Below, in pieces: positions 21,981 through 34,778 of a DNA stretch of 64,000 nucleotides. The first letter of the stretch is position 1. Every line of letters begins with the position of its first letter. A program made the translations under genes and the position numbers. Origin of the DNA: Lama guanicoe (Eukaryota). The DNA lies in contig MU055600.1 of assembly GCA_013239625.1 (NCBI GenBank), forward strand, positions 21,403,520 through 21,467,519, written 5' to 3'. The notes below the pieces were generated by a model. The model did not search any database and was not told the DNA's origin. It saw nothing but the letters and a program-made list of their open reading frames with translations.

Positions 21981-24900
21981 AGCAGCTGGCAGGTCCGGTG
22001 GGAGCTGGGGTGCTGTCTTGCCACAGGGAAGCAGCCGGGCCCTCCTCCTCCCCCCCGACCGGCCCACTCAGTTAGCCTCACTGGTTCCTCCCCTACAGCA
22101 GGCTCTTCCCGCGGGTGCTTTAGGCACTGCATCTCATTTAAGTCTCTGAGCAGCCCGAGTGCTAGCGACGAGTTAGTTCCACCTGTCCACTCGCAGGCCG
22201 CCCAGGGTCTGTTCAATCCCGTTTGCAGACATGGCAACTGCAGGCGAGACTTTGGAGTTCCTTGTGTAAGCGCCTGTGACTAAGCCGGACTGACGCCAGT
22301 TTTCAGATCCGCTCGACTCCCCATCTGGTGCTCTTCTGCTGATGGCTCTTGGCCTGATGGAGAGAACAAAGGGGAGGTCCATGTCCCCTGCCCCAGGCCC
22401 GTGTTGGGTCTCAGTTCTCCGGAGTCACTATGAGGGCCAGCAGGCCTGGAGAGCAAGGAAATTGACCAAAAAGTCAATTTCCAATCATTGAAGTTTCTCA
22501 ATTTAAGGACCACATTACAAAAAAAGGTATTACCCATTTCATATGGAAATCATTCTAAAATATGGTTATTTCCTGCTCTGACAGGCGGCACTTAGGGGAC
22601 CCAACGTGTTGGTCTAGAGCGAAGGAGGGACCTGGAGCGTGAAGGCCTCTGTAGTTTTTGACCTTGGCCTGCTCGGGTGGGCAAAATCCATGACTCATCC
22701 GCCTGATTAATTCCCATTTTCCAGGAAATGAGGGGAAGGCAGAAAAATAACTGGAGGGTGAGATAGAGAGAAGCGTACCCATCGTGGAGACCCCTTGCTA
22801 ACCTGGAAGCGGTGGCTTGCCTGTCGGCGGCCTCTGAGCAGTCTCCGGCGTGCCGGGTGGTGACGCTGCACATCGTTCACCCGTAAGACCGTCGGGGGAG
22901 GGACTGCTGCTTATGCTTTCCGCTCGGTCGGCAGCCCGTGAAGAGCCCCCCAGCCCCCAGCGGGAGTCCTTCCCGAGCCCTGCCCCGTGGACCCCTGAGC
23001 CGCCCAGCACACACCCCTCCTGCCTAATGCACCCCAGGCTCCCGCTTGGGTGCAGCCCTGGAGGGGCTCTCGAGTGGAGGTGTAGCTCACCAGCTAGGAG
23101 CAGACCCCGGGCCCAAGCTGAGCCACCGCTCCGCCTGGGGCTCTGCTGCTGGAGCAGGTGAGAAGCTGGGCAGGGTCCCAGAGCACCCCTGCCCACCGGT
23201 CCTACAGCCTGAGACTCAGGCCGTGCCAGCTTGGCGTGCGCTCTGTTTCCCGGGCTGGTTCCCCTTCTGCAAACTTCCTGCCCCGCTTCCAGCAAGGGCC
23301 CCGCCTCTCCCAGCGGCCCGGAGCCGTCGTGGTTTGCAGCTAGTGCTGCCCTGTCCTTGCTCGCTGCAGGCTGTCCTGGTGCCGTCTCTCCCTGCTGTCA
23401 GCCTGCTGGCCTTCAGAAGGCCTCCCCTCCTGGTCGGTGTGCCTCCTAATGCCGTGGGGTGGACAAGGCCTCAGCTAGCTCGGAGGCACGTGCAAAGTGG
23501 GAGTCTGTGGGATCCAAACAGGGCGCGGGATCAGCTGCACGATCCATCAGCACATGTCCGTGCGCTCCTGCTCCAAGGCCGGTGCCAGTCCCAGGAGGTG
23601 GGGTGGGTCAGGCTGCGAGACGGGCAGTCCCCAGGCAGCAGGGGGAGGCTCTGTGCTCCCCTCGGTCGTATCGACCGCCCTGGCCTGGGGAGCTCCCCAC
23701 TGAAAGATCTGGGGGTTAAAACAGTGTCCCTTTGGGGCCCTTTGATCTGGAGCCTGAGTGCAATTTATGGGAAATTTAAAATAGCCTTTTATCTTCACAA
23801 CAGGAAGCTGGGTTGTGATTGAGGCTCCCTCCTGCACGGATGCCGGGCTGGTTTGGGCACATGAGCCCCGTCTAGAAGGAGGTCCCGAGTGCAGGGAGCC
23901 AGCCCTAAGCCTCACATTCTTATTTATGTGTTTCTCTGTTTAATGGGCGTTTTTGAGCCCCTTCTATGTGCCAGGTCAAGTGCTGGACACTCTAGGTGAT
24001 CCTCAGAGCCTCCGCAACAGCAGGCTCCCTCCTGGGAGGCAAGGTCAAGGCGCTCGGCCCCACCCCAGGTCGGAGCAAAGTGTTTCCTGCCCAGCTCGCG
24101 GCTGCGCTTTACCCAGAAGACGCCCAACTCCCTCTGGCTCTGAAGTTCTATGGCCAGTCTGCTTGGGCGTGCCCCACTGTCTGGACCCTGATGCCACTCC
24201 CAAAACACAGCTCAGAGCTAAGGTCGGCATCAGGAAACAAACACTGTATCCTTTATCCCGCCTCCCATCGTCCCCAGTTCCATCCTCAATGCCAGGCAAG
24301 AAATGGGCTTAGGGCTTGTTCTGCTGTGGTTTTGTGGGTGGGGGCTTTGTCCTCCCGGCACGGGCGGGTGTGCACTGAGAGGAGGAGAGAGTTACATTAA
24401 AAAGGGAAGTTTTGTGCGGGCCATGCTGAACCCAAAGGGATGGCCACCAGCAGGAGAGCGCCGGGCTCTGCACCCTGTTTCTGGACTGAGGGCTGGGCAG
24501 GGCGGTGTCTTTCCCTGCACTCAAGTCTGCACTGTCCTTAAGCCTGGGAAACGGGCCCAGGGACAAGGAGGCCACGGAGCCAAGGAGCCAGCCCGCTCCA
24601 AGCTGGCGGCCCTCTCCTAGCAGCCTGCAGTTTGTAACCCAGGACCCCCAAATTCCCTGCCCGGTGGTCCTGACTGTGCTCCTGGAGCCCGAGGAAGTTT
24701 TTTCTGGGGTCCATCTCCCCCAAGGTCTGACCACACTACCGATGTGTGCACCCCTGGGCCCCAGGGGTGGCCTGGGGGCAGCTGTTTGGGAAGAGGAGGG
24801 TGGACCGCAGGTAGAGCGTCTGCAGATGTGACTGCAAGGCCTCTCACCATGTAGGGTACAGCCAGTGTGGACAAGAAGGGGGTCAGGCTGGGGGCTGGGC

Positions 24901-25699
24901 ACTGCAAACGCTGCATCAGGGGTCTCCAGCCCTGATGACAAAGGACAGGGCATGGCAGAAGGTGCCTTAGTGTCCACGCTGGTTACCAGTGTACTGATTA
25001 CTTACTGTTTTCATCAGTTCATAAAACCATACCTTCTAAATACTGCAGCTTAAAGTAGAATTTTAAGAAACATAGCTCCTAGAGATCAGGAACTCACAGA
25101 AACACTGAGGGAGGGCTTCCTATGAGCTGGTCCTGGGGTGCTGGCCGCCTGGAGCTTGGAGCTGCTTGGGGGAGACGGTGGAACGTGGGGGAGGGCATGA
25201 GTGATGGGATGCTCTGTAAAGGGACGTGCAGGCTTCTGAACAGAGGTCCCAGCGCGGGTGGTCGGGAGGCCTCCCGAGGGAGGGAGCTAAGGTTACTGAT
25301 GGGTGAACCAAGGCCCCGAGAGGCTAAGTGTATTGAGCTCAGAGTGGCTGTCATTATTTGATGACAGTGTTCCTAACTCTGAGAGTAGCGGGCTTGGGGC
25401 CACCCTTTGTGGCCTGGTTTCCACGCTGGAGTACGCAGGGATGCCCCCACCAGCCTGTTTTCATGCAACCAAACAGTTTTGCCCATCATTCGACTTTGGC
25501 TGTGCACTCGCACACACACCTGCCTCCAGTCTGGGTGTGGTGATGAGCCTGAATGGCCTGCCTCCAAGGCATTCGGAAGAAAGGAGACCCGCCAGCCACT
25601 TAACAGGCATCCTCCGCGCAGCTTTGAAATCTGAGGCTGGGCTCCCAGCCCTGCCCGCCTGCGGTTTGCCCCCCCGGGCCTCCCCTGGGAAGCAGGCCC

Positions 25700-26210
25700 T
25701 GCCGCGAAGCTGGATTTGATCAAAGCCTCTGCAAACCCGAGCTGAAGCCGCAGCTCTCGGCGTTATTCCAGTGCTTAATAACTTTCCTCGGCTCCTCCCT
25801 CGCGGAGACCCTGAAAGGCTGCCCGTTCCTCCTCCATCCTCCCTCTGCCTTTCCACATGGTGAGAAGGGGCCTGGGGCGGCGGGGGGCGGGTTTGACTTC
25901 CCTCCCGTGGTTCGCAGCCATAATCGCCGTGTTCCTAATTTCCACGTTCTGGAAGGCTCCTTACAGTGTAACAAATGCCCTAATTACCGTGTTTGTGGCC
26001 CTAAACGTCGTTTTAAACATGCGGCTCCATTTCCATCACCCGGCAACGTGGCAGGGAAGCCACCAGGAGAGCTTCCCGTGTGCAGAACAGGTCTCCGGCC
26101 TGCCTGGATCTCGAGATTTCAATCTTATCTGGCAGGGAGAGTAATTTGAAATTTAATCATCTTTCCCCCAAGCGAGAATGCCTTATTATTGCTTTTCTAG
26201 AGAAAAGAAC
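25700..26210. promoter_or_regulatory. Candidate enhancer / conserved non-coding element
   Basis: Palindromic TTTGATCAAA (25715-25724) and repeated CTAATT, TAATC and TAATTA words. Confidence 0.45.
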
Positions 26211-28120
26211 AGGCCCAGAAATCCATCCCCAGATTTGGGGGTGGAGGTGGCGGGAGGGGGCGCATTAGGCTGTGACTGCATGGCGGCCGCACTGGAGGGC
26301 TGTCCGTGGGACAGTCGTCGTGGCTGCGTTCAGCTGGAACCAGCAGAGCTGCTCCGGCAGAACCAGCGGCACAGGCAGGCCTGGCGAGGCCCTCCCGTCC
26401 GAGAGCCCTGGCCTCCAACAGCCTGTCTCGTGCTTTCCACAGGGAGGGCTTTCTCCCCTCCCTTGTTGAAAGCGGCCGCCTTGGAGAGATGGTACCCGGG
26501 TTAGCCGGCAGGAGCTCAGGGGTGCCGCCTGGTCCCCAGGGTCCCCAGCTGCTCAGTGAAGGGGCTTTAGCCTCAGCCTGCGGCCGAGTGAGAGAAATAA
26601 GAATGTAGGAGGTTTCTGATAAAAGCAGATTCTGTCTGTGGATGGTGGAGGAGAAAGGAGGTTTGACTGTGTGGAGCCAGAAGCTAGTCTAAGGAAGACT
26701 CTGCCTGTCATCAGCTGGGTACACGTCTAAGTAGAGAATCTGGTTCTCATCATTTCTGGCCCAAACGGAAGGTCTTCCCCGCCTGGAATGCACTTGTCAA
26801 TCCCGCGTATACAGTCGTGAGCACCCCACACGCTGCCAGCTCACCTGCGCGGGAGACTGGGTGGAGGTTCCCCCAAATCGGGCAACAGCCTTAAAACTTA
26901 AATGACCTCACAGCAATGAGCTAGGAAACTAGAAGAAATTTCCTAAATGATCAATAATAAAAAGCAAAATCAGGCTGACGGTATAAAGGGGGGCAGGGCT
27001 GTCCTTTTGCCCTCCCTGAGGGGAAGCCACACAGCTGCTGACGTGTGAAGAGAGGGCTGAAGGGCACGACGGGGAACGCTATCTTAGCGGCATGTCAGGC
27101 AGTTAACTATTAAACAGTGTGGATTTCCCCCCTGAATTGCCATGTTTGTGGTATTTATCAGCTTTCTAAGCTGAGATTTGTGATTGGTTGTAATTTCTCA
27201 TTCTAAATAATGCCCACTCTCATACCTAACTTTATGTTTTGCATTTGGAGTTCTTTTTCTTAACGAGGACCTCACGGAAGCAGGTCCTGCCCGAGCAGGG
27301 CAGCTGGGACCCGCTGGCAGGTGCGGGGTGGGAGCATCAGAAGGGTGGTCAAGGCCAACTTCAAGACTGTATTCTTCCAATGTTCACATACTAAAAAAAA
27401 AAAATCCCTTCCTGTATAGGATAATATAAACAAACGAGTTTTCAAATGCCCTCACTTGGCAAAGCGAAGAGCCTGCCCCTTTGCTGGCTTCCCGTTCTGT
27501 TTACATGCTGTGTGCCGCTGGTCAGCGACTGGGCAGGACTCCCCAGGGATGGGTCCTGCAGAAGCGCCCTTGGACGGGAGGGGCTGGGGCGAGGGCTGGT
27601 TCTAGGAGACCAGACTCAGCTGGGCCAGCCGAGCTGGAGGGGCCCGGAGCCTGGAGCTAGGACGGGCTAAGGACTGTTCCCCGAGGGCCGGCCCGCCTGC
27701 CTCTGTGGTCCCAGCCCTCACAGCCTCCGGCCTGACGCTGTGCCCAGCCGGCCTGAGCCCCAGTTTCACACCTGCGCCCCTCCAGGCCCCAAGCTGGCTG
27801 TGGTTCACACACTCCAGGGTTTTGTTGCTCACGCCGTCTCCCTGTTGCCAGATGCCTTTTGTGGCTTCTGGCATCTTTGCCCCCAACTTGTGGCCCCCAC
27901 TTGTCCCCGGCCTCCCGTCACCCCAGGCCTCTCGCTGGCTGACGCTGATGCTTGGTACCACCTGGGCCAGGCCACTTGTGCCCCACGCGCCCTGACAGGT
28001 GGGGCCACGCGGCAAAGGCATGAGAGCCCAGCCACGGCAAGCCACACGCGTGACGCCTGGGAGCCGCCCCTTCGCCGCATTATACCTGCCGCTGCCGTCC
28101 CTAATCAAGCTCTTTAATTT

Positions 28121-28594
28121 TGCTACAAATACCTGCGTGCCCCGCAGGCTGCACCGAGCCTCAACAAGGTGTTTGTCCGAGTTGGTTTTTTAGGAACTTA
28201 GGGGCAGCTGTGTCCAGTTGGAGCCCGAACCTGTTTGGACTGATTAGGACCACCGACCCGCCAACTGCGCATGTGTGTCCGCTTGGTGACCTTTGCCATC
28301 AGAGGACCAAGAACTCCACCCTCAGCTCGTGCTCACCGCTGTCTTCTGAACGCGCACCCCGTGAATACATGGTGCCTGCACCGAACTCGGATCGCCTCGT
28401 CTTTTGCTTATTTCCAATCACCGTTCCCCACGCCCCCCACGCCCCAGCCCGCCCTGCTCCTCAGCCCATAAATACCCCTCGCCTGCGGGGAGGCGGGACT
28501 GGGGTCTGCGCTTCTGTCTCCTCCGCAAGCCCTTCGCCTTTTAGCGTCTGGCCTGCGCTTTTAGGGCAAAGCAAACGAACTTAGTTTAGTGATG
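28121..28594 (+). mobile_element. ERV-class solo LTR (family uncertain)
   Basis: GGTGACCTTTGCCATCAGAGGACCAAGAACTCCACCCTCAG; CCAAT 28414-28418; TATA-like CATAAATA 28467-28474; 3' end GGGCAAAGCAAACGAACTTAGTTTAGT. Confidence 0.7.
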
Positions 28595-29020
28595 CTCGAA
28601 CCCTTCCTCCACCCAGCAAGAGAGTCAACCTCAGGCCACTGGGGAAGACAAACTCCTCCTGTTTAAAATCTTTAGTTGTTCTTAATTCTTTCTTCCTCTC
28701 AGGCAGGTGGGCAGCTGCTAGACCACCCTGCTTCCTTGTCCAAAGAATGCCCCTCACCTTCAGCAGGACGGGTCTGGAATTCGCTCTTGTCTCCCCGCTT
28801 TTCTGCCTGTGCCCTAAAGCCTTTCTCTGCTCAACTCCGCCTTTCAGCATCTGGCCTGCACTTTTAGGGCAAAGCAAACGAACTTAGTTTAGTGTTGCTC
28901 GAACCCCTTCCTCTACGCAGTAAGAGTCAACCTCAGGCCACCTGGGAAGACGAACTCCTCCTGTTTAAAATCTTTAGCTGCTCTCAGTTCTTTCTGCTTC
29001 TCGGGCAGGTGGGCGGCTGC
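28445..29020. repeat. ~303-bp diverged tandem duplication (LTR 3' part plus flank)
   Basis: 28547-28718 aligns to 28850-29020, e.g. TTAGGGCAAAGCAAACGAACTTAGTTTAGTG at 28561 and 28864. Confidence 0.95.
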
Positions 29021-29849
29021 CCAAAGTGCCTGTTCACCTTCCCTGGAGCCATGGGGTCACCAGTGTGGGGCAGTGTGGAAGCTGCACGTCCTTGGCACAG
29101 GCCTTTGACCTCAGCAGAGCCAGCCCTCCACTTCAGTCGCGCCCTGTGCGGGAGGAAGCGAATTGGGGTTGAGCGGGATGGCAGACGCTTCCGCAGGGCT
29201 CGCTTCTGGGTCGGGCCATCCTGAGCACTGAAAGTAGCCTCCTTACCCCTCTCAACAACCCTATGATGATCCCCAACTTAGAGGGAACCAAAAACAGCCC
29301 CCGTTTGCTGAAAGTTGACTTCGCGCCATGCTCGGCACTGGGCTAACCTGAAGTCCGAGGTCGCAGGTGCCCGAGAAGTGCTGGGCTTCTGTCTCCCCAA
29401 GTCTGGGTCTGAGTCCTTCCAGGGTGAGAGGGTGGGTGGGAAATTCTACGGTGGTTATTCCTGTTACCCACCCTCCCCTGGCCCACTAGGGAACCTCGGT
29501 TTCCCGGTGCATCCGTGGTGCCCAGAACTGAGGCCAGGCCATGGTGGGCGTCCCCACGCTCTGTGCTGGGGGTCTTCCGTGTTTTCTGCCTCTAAGCTCC
29601 ATGGAGAGCACGGGTCACCGCCAGACAGGGAGCCCTGCCCAGGGCTGCACGCCTGGGGGTCTTGCCTCAGGGCTGGAGGGTGCTCACAATTGGGGGCCCC
29701 CCAACTGCAACCTCACCCATGTGTGAGGCAACTCCACTGTTCCCTCTTACTGGTCTCAAAAGCAGCGTCCCCTCCTGCTGCCCCCGCAGAGCACCTGGTC
29801 AGATGGGGATGGACCCCCAGAGAACAGGCCGAGTGAGCACCGTGATGCT

Positions 29850-30020
29850 CAGTGTTGCCACACGTGCACCAGCTCATCTAGCCCCACGGCAACCTCAGCT
29901 CCATTTTATAGATGGAGACGCTGAGGTTAAAAACTGTTAAATGACTTACCCCTGTTAAGTCTTGAGTTGTTAGTCTCAACTTAAGGATGGTGGGGAGCTG
30001 AACCCAGGTCTGTCTTAATC
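29850..30020 (-). mobile_element. MIR SINE
   Basis: CCATTTTATAGATGGAGACGCTGAGG..TTAAATGACTTACCC..GAACCCAGGTCTGTC. Confidence 0.8.
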
Positions 30021-30250
30021 ATGCCTTCAGTCTAACACCGAAAACAGACCCCTAGAAGCTGGCTTCCCTCTCCTTCACCTCCCCCTCCCAGAGATGCCTA
30101 CGAGGCTCCCTACCGGCCCGCCAGAGCCATTTCCCGTCCCCCGTCCCACCCTGCTGCATGGCCTCCCTCCTCCCTTCAGGAAGAACGGCATTAAAGGCTA
30201 GACTCTGCCAATTTCACTGAAAACTAGGGTCAGCTGGGCCCAGGCCTCAG

Positions 30251-30280
30251 ACCTGCCCCGCTGGCACCTGCCCCGCTGGC
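30251..30280. repeat. Perfect 15-bp tandem duplication ACCTGCCCCGCTGGC x2
   Basis: Direct read of the sequence. Confidence 0.95.
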
Positions 30281-32049
30281 TTCTGGGTGTGAGGGGTGCC
30301 CCGGGGGCTGGGGTTGTGCAGGCCGGTGCTCCAGGGAGGCTGTAAGAGGGCGCTGGGCCTGGAGCCAAGCTGGGGGGCAGGAAGCTGTTCCCCTGAGCTC
30401 CCAGACTGACTGCTTCTCCGAACTATAATCTCTTTGTGGTTAAAAAGCAGGGTTTTGAGGAGCCAGGCTGCTCTGAAGGGCTGGGTTGGTGGCAGCGAGC
30501 TCACCCCCCGGATTAAACAGATGGGCGGAGGGCACAGGCTGAGGCGCTGGGCCCCCTGGCCGTGGAGGGGGGCTGCCTGCCTTCCTGGCACCACAGCTGA
30601 GCTCGGCCAGGATGCTCGTGGGGGCTGAGACACCTGTTTCACTTTAGAGGAAAAAAACCCAAAAAGCCGGAAGGAATGCAGCAATGTTAGAAGGAGGCTG
30701 GGCAGGACGGCCTCGGGGGTCCAGGAAGCTCCCAGCTCCCTCCCCAGTACCTGATTGCAGGAAGTCAGCTTATCTGAAGGTAGAAAGGGTTCCTTATGTG
30801 TGTGGGCTGCCGCAAGCTCTGGTCTGCAGTGAGGGCAGTTTGAGGCCTTGAATTTTACACCGTCGGGGTGAAAATCTTTAACCGGAAGAGGAGCCGAGGA
30901 ACAGGCCCACAGAGAAGTGTCTCGTCTGTGTCCTTGAGGGTCTCTAACCGGGGAGGGGGTCGTAAATGAAAACAACGTAGGGGCTGCTGGAGGAACCAAG
31001 GAGTGGAGAGGATGTGGGGAGGGGGCCTTGAGCTCGAGGAAGGCGGAGACGAGGCCAGCAGCATGGAGGTGCCTGTCCTGTTGGCTCTGGGCCCTCAGGG
31101 AGGCCATGGAGTGAGGCCGGTGGCTGGAAGTGGGCTATTTGATCAGTGGAGGGCAAACAAACGCTGGTGGGCTCTGAAAATGGTGAAGCCCAGGCCTGTC
31201 CCTCCCCCTCACAGACACGGACCCCGGGGCCCTAGGAACGCGCCTGCCCAGGACCTGCGTGGGGAGAGGCAGGTGCAGGCAGGAGCTGGGGCTTCCCCAA
31301 GGTCTCGTGGGGCTGGCAGGGGGTGGGGGGCCTCCCTGCTTGCTTCCTTCCGGGGAGTGACTGGAGCCATCTTTTTCCACCTCAAGCCCCTTCTGTCCTC
31401 CTTGCCCCTGGCCGGGGGGGTGGTTCTGGGTAAGGCACAGTAAAGTGAAGACACGCCATCAGCTAAACAAAGCAGCCAAGCGATGTTTGGCAGAGGTGAG
31501 GGTGGCTGGGGGCCCCCTGAACCTCGGGTGGCTGTGGGGCCTGCACCCCAGAGCCAGGAAGGCCGCTGTCACCACTCAGGGACCCAGTGGAGAGGGCGGG
31601 GAGGGGAAGCAAAGGCGTGCTGTCCCAGGGGTGGACAGTCAGAAACAGACCCGCCTCAAGGGGAGCTCAGCAGGTGACTGGGAACACCTCCCGTCACCAG
31701 GAGGGGATGCCCAGAGGCCAAGGGCCCCTGGTGGCTGAGCGTTGCTCATGGCCGCGCCCCTCGCGCACCGGGTGTGCCCTGTTGGGTTACAGAAAGGACA
31801 GCTGGCCACGGAGACACCTGCATCACACTTCCGTGATGTCAAGGTGGGGAAGGTTCCTTGACGGGGTCCAGAACCACACCCACAGAGGAGAAGGCTGACA
31901 AGGGCATCTGGTTACGAGTGAAGGGCTTCAGTAATGCCAACGCCAAACAGAAGCCACTGACTTAAAATGCTGACAAATTACCTTTTCTATGCGGAAAGCT
32001 TCAAGTCGCCCTTGAGGTTGAAGGAAAACCTGTGTTGGGCCCCCTGGGT

Positions 32050-32352
32050 TAGGGCAGGGCACCCTCGTCACTGGCCAGATCCGCCTGTCTCCTGTTTCTG
32101 TATCACCTCCGAGCTAAGGGCGATTTTTGTTTTTAAAATGGTTGAAAAAAATTAAAGAAAAATGGCATTTTGTGACCCCCGAAAATTACCCGAACTTGAA
32201 GTTGTCGTGTCCCTAAACTTCCTCGGAAGCAGACCCGTTCTTTTATGAATTGTCTGGCGCCTCTGCGACACGTTTCGTGTTCCGGCACGCGTGCAGTCCC
32301 AGTGCAGGCCAAACACTCACTATCCGGCCCATCAGGGAGACATTCGACCTCC
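32050..32352. mobile_element. MER58B-like hAT-Charlie transposon
   Basis: GGCCAGATCCGCC..CCTGTTTCTGTA..GAGCTAAG..AAATGGTTGAAAAAAATTAAAG..GAAAATTA..CACTATCCGGCCC. Confidence 0.85.
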
Positions 32353-33689
32353 GACAGACTCGGCAGTTAATGTCTTACTGCACGTGTTTTATTACGTGTT
32401 CATCCAGCTACAAACATTGCGAACCAGACGCTAGCAGGAGGCCAACACGCGGCGCCGGCAGAGAAGCAGCGCCCGGACTTCTGTGAGGTGTGAGGGCCGG
32501 GGGTCAGGCGGGCGGCCGCTCTGCCCCGCCACCTGGGCGGCGCGTGCGTTTGGAGTCGCCTTGACAGGAAGACGGTCGCTGCTGGTGGCTCTTCGGGTCC
32601 TCCTGGCGGTGGACGGGGCTCGCTGGATGCTGTGAACGTGGAGAGTTCCCGTCGTGTGTAATTCTGTGCTGGAAGCTTACCTGACTCTGTGGACTTCATG
32701 CTCCAAGGACCCGAGCCCACGCAGCCGCTTTGTGCGCCCGGTGCCCAGCACAGTGGGCGCACCTGACCTCCGTCACCGAGTTACACGAATGAATAACTGA
32801 CTCCCAGGCAGGAGGGAGTCACCAACCCCTTCTGGCCAGAGTAGTTATTGCCCTTGCTTGCCTGTGGCAGGATTCTCTGGACCAACCAGGGGAGACTGGA
32901 GGGGAGGGGAGGTGCCAACTAGCCTCCATCCTGGTGGGAGCTGCGCACACGGGGGCGCTGTGGGATGTGCCCCGCCCCCCGGGAGGGCAGGTAGTTCCCC
33001 TGAGTCACCATCACATCGGGAGGAGGGGCCGCGCCCCTCCTGCAGGCGTCACCTATACCATTTTGGCTTTCTAGGTGGCTTGTGAAAACAAGCTTCAAAA
33101 TAGTTCCGTAAAAGGCAATGTGATTGCAAACAGGTGTCCCAAACGCATAACATGGTCTCCTGTTTCTGAGTAACTTTTTAAAAAAAAGAACAGAAGAGCC
33201 GTTGGTCTGGGGTGGCGAAAAGGGTCAGAGAAGCGGCGTAACTGGGTGATTCCCGAGAGGCTCGCAGGGCACCCGGCTCCAGGTGCCGGCCCCTCCGCCG
33301 CCTCTGTGACAGTGATCGCAGAGCTGCCTCCCCCCGGCGCCGAAAATTAACTGGGCGTCCCCTTGGGGGACGTCCTTTTGGCTACGTTTGTTTTCTTTTC
33401 CATTTTGGCGAGTCGGAGAGGCTGGGTGTGCTGCCCACTCGCCCAACAGCCCTTGACACGGGAGAGGAGCGTCCTCTCCGTTCGTGGATTCACTTGCTCA
33501 GGAATCTCACGCTTGTGGCTGGTCCTGTGCGGGGGGGGGGGTGGCTGAACCCGAGGGGCTCCTGATTGTCCAGGCGTAGCAATTCCACTCTCCTCGCCGA
33601 TGTCTGGTTTGAAAACGATCCTGTAACTCACTTTGGGCTGATGAGGCGTGAGGGCACATCTTTTGAGCTTCTGGGAAAGAGCTCTGAAA

Positions 33690-33810
33690 ATGGACATGAG
33701 GGCTCTCTTTCAGGGTGGTGACAATGTTTTGGAACTGGACACTGGGCATTGTGAAGGTACTCAATGGCTTTGACTTGTGCACTTTTATGTGAATTTCATT
33801 TAAAAAAAAG
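33690..33810 (+). mobile_element. Old L1 3' end
   Basis: TTTCAGGGTGGTGACAATGTTTTGGAACTGGA..TTTATGTGAATTTCATTTAAAAAAAA. Confidence 0.75.
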
Positions 33811-33839
33811 CAAATAATGGACACGAAAGAGGGTCCTCT

Positions 33840-34045
33840 GCCTTCCTGGTCTCTTCCTAATGCCACGTGAGGATGCCAGCCTGGAACCTCAGCAGCCATT
33901 TTGTGCCCATAGGGCCCCAGACTGGAGACAGACATCAGCGTGCCGAGGCCGGCAGGAGCAAAGGTGGAAAGAATTAGCCTTGAGTGCACACAGGAGCTGT
34001 GAATTAGCGAACCCTGAGATACTCCTGTCCTTCAGAGTCTCTCAA
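33840..34045 (+). mobile_element. MLT1-type LTR fragment
   Basis: CTGGAACCTCAGCAGCCATTTTGTGCCCAT..GAGCAAAGGTGGAAAGAA. Confidence 0.55.
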
Positions 34046-34049
34046 ACTT

Positions 34050-34200
34050 CTAACATGGTCATCCTTCTTCTGAAGATATACACTAATCAAATGCCTCATT
34101 TATATCAGCGATGGTCTGGAAACAAGCTAAATGTGCAACAGCAGGGGAGTGCTTAGGAAAGTGGGAAGTCCATTTGCAGGACTATCACGGAGCTGTTAGG
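34050..34200 (+). mobile_element. L1M fragment
   Basis: TGGAAACAAGCTAAATGTGCAACAGCAGGGGAGTG..ACTATCACGGAGCTGTTA. Confidence 0.65.
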
Positions 34201-34454
34201 CGTTATGGGGTGACGTGAACTTCACGTAGAGGGGGCAACACTCCAAGCTGGGTGCACGCTGGTTGTGAGCTGCAGGACGACCACACGTACTAGAGGAGCC
34301 AGAGCCTGAGCCATGTCTGTGTGAGGATCCAGGCATCACCGAGCATCCAGGTCCTCTCATGGGGGTGGCGCCCAGGGGTGCACAGCGGGCGCTGGCATGC
34401 GGACCCCTCCTCGGAGCCCAGCTCAACGCCAGCCCGGCCAGCCTCGACGGTCTG

Positions 34455-34778
34455 CAGGCTCACCGCCGTGTGCTTCCCCGCAGCTCTGGAGGCTGAGAGG
34501 CTGCAGTCAAGGTGTCGGCAGGGTCGGCTTCCTCTGAGGTCACTTGACTTGCTCTTAGATGGCCGCCTGCCCCGTGTCCTCACCTGATCCTCCCTCTTTG
34601 GGCCTGTGGGTCCTCCTCTCCCTTCCTTATAAGGAACCCAGTCCCTTTGGTTAGCGCCCACTTCTTTTAAGTTACATATCCCCATAAAGACCCTACCTTC
34701 CCATACGGCCACATTTGGAGGTCCTGGGGTTAGGACTTGAACGTGTGATTTTAGGGGGACATGAGTCAGCCCATCACA
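34455..34778 (-). mobile_element. MLT1B/C-like MaLR LTR
   Basis: CAGCTCTGGAGGCTGAGAGG..CAAGGTGTCGGCAGGG..CTTATAAGGA..GGGGTTAGGACTT..TCAGCCCATCACA. Confidence 0.88.

Noticed and set aside
23046-23822. 258-aa ORF
   Set aside because: Non-ATG start, with equally open overlapping frames, as expected from GC-rich noise.
28547-29020. CRISPR-like or prokaryotic repeat array
   Set aside because: Only two long diverged copies, no spacers or cas genes, and a mammalian context.
30247-31107. 286-aa minus-strand ORF
   Set aside because: No recognisable homology, low-complexity composition, and its C-terminus derives from the 15-bp duplication.
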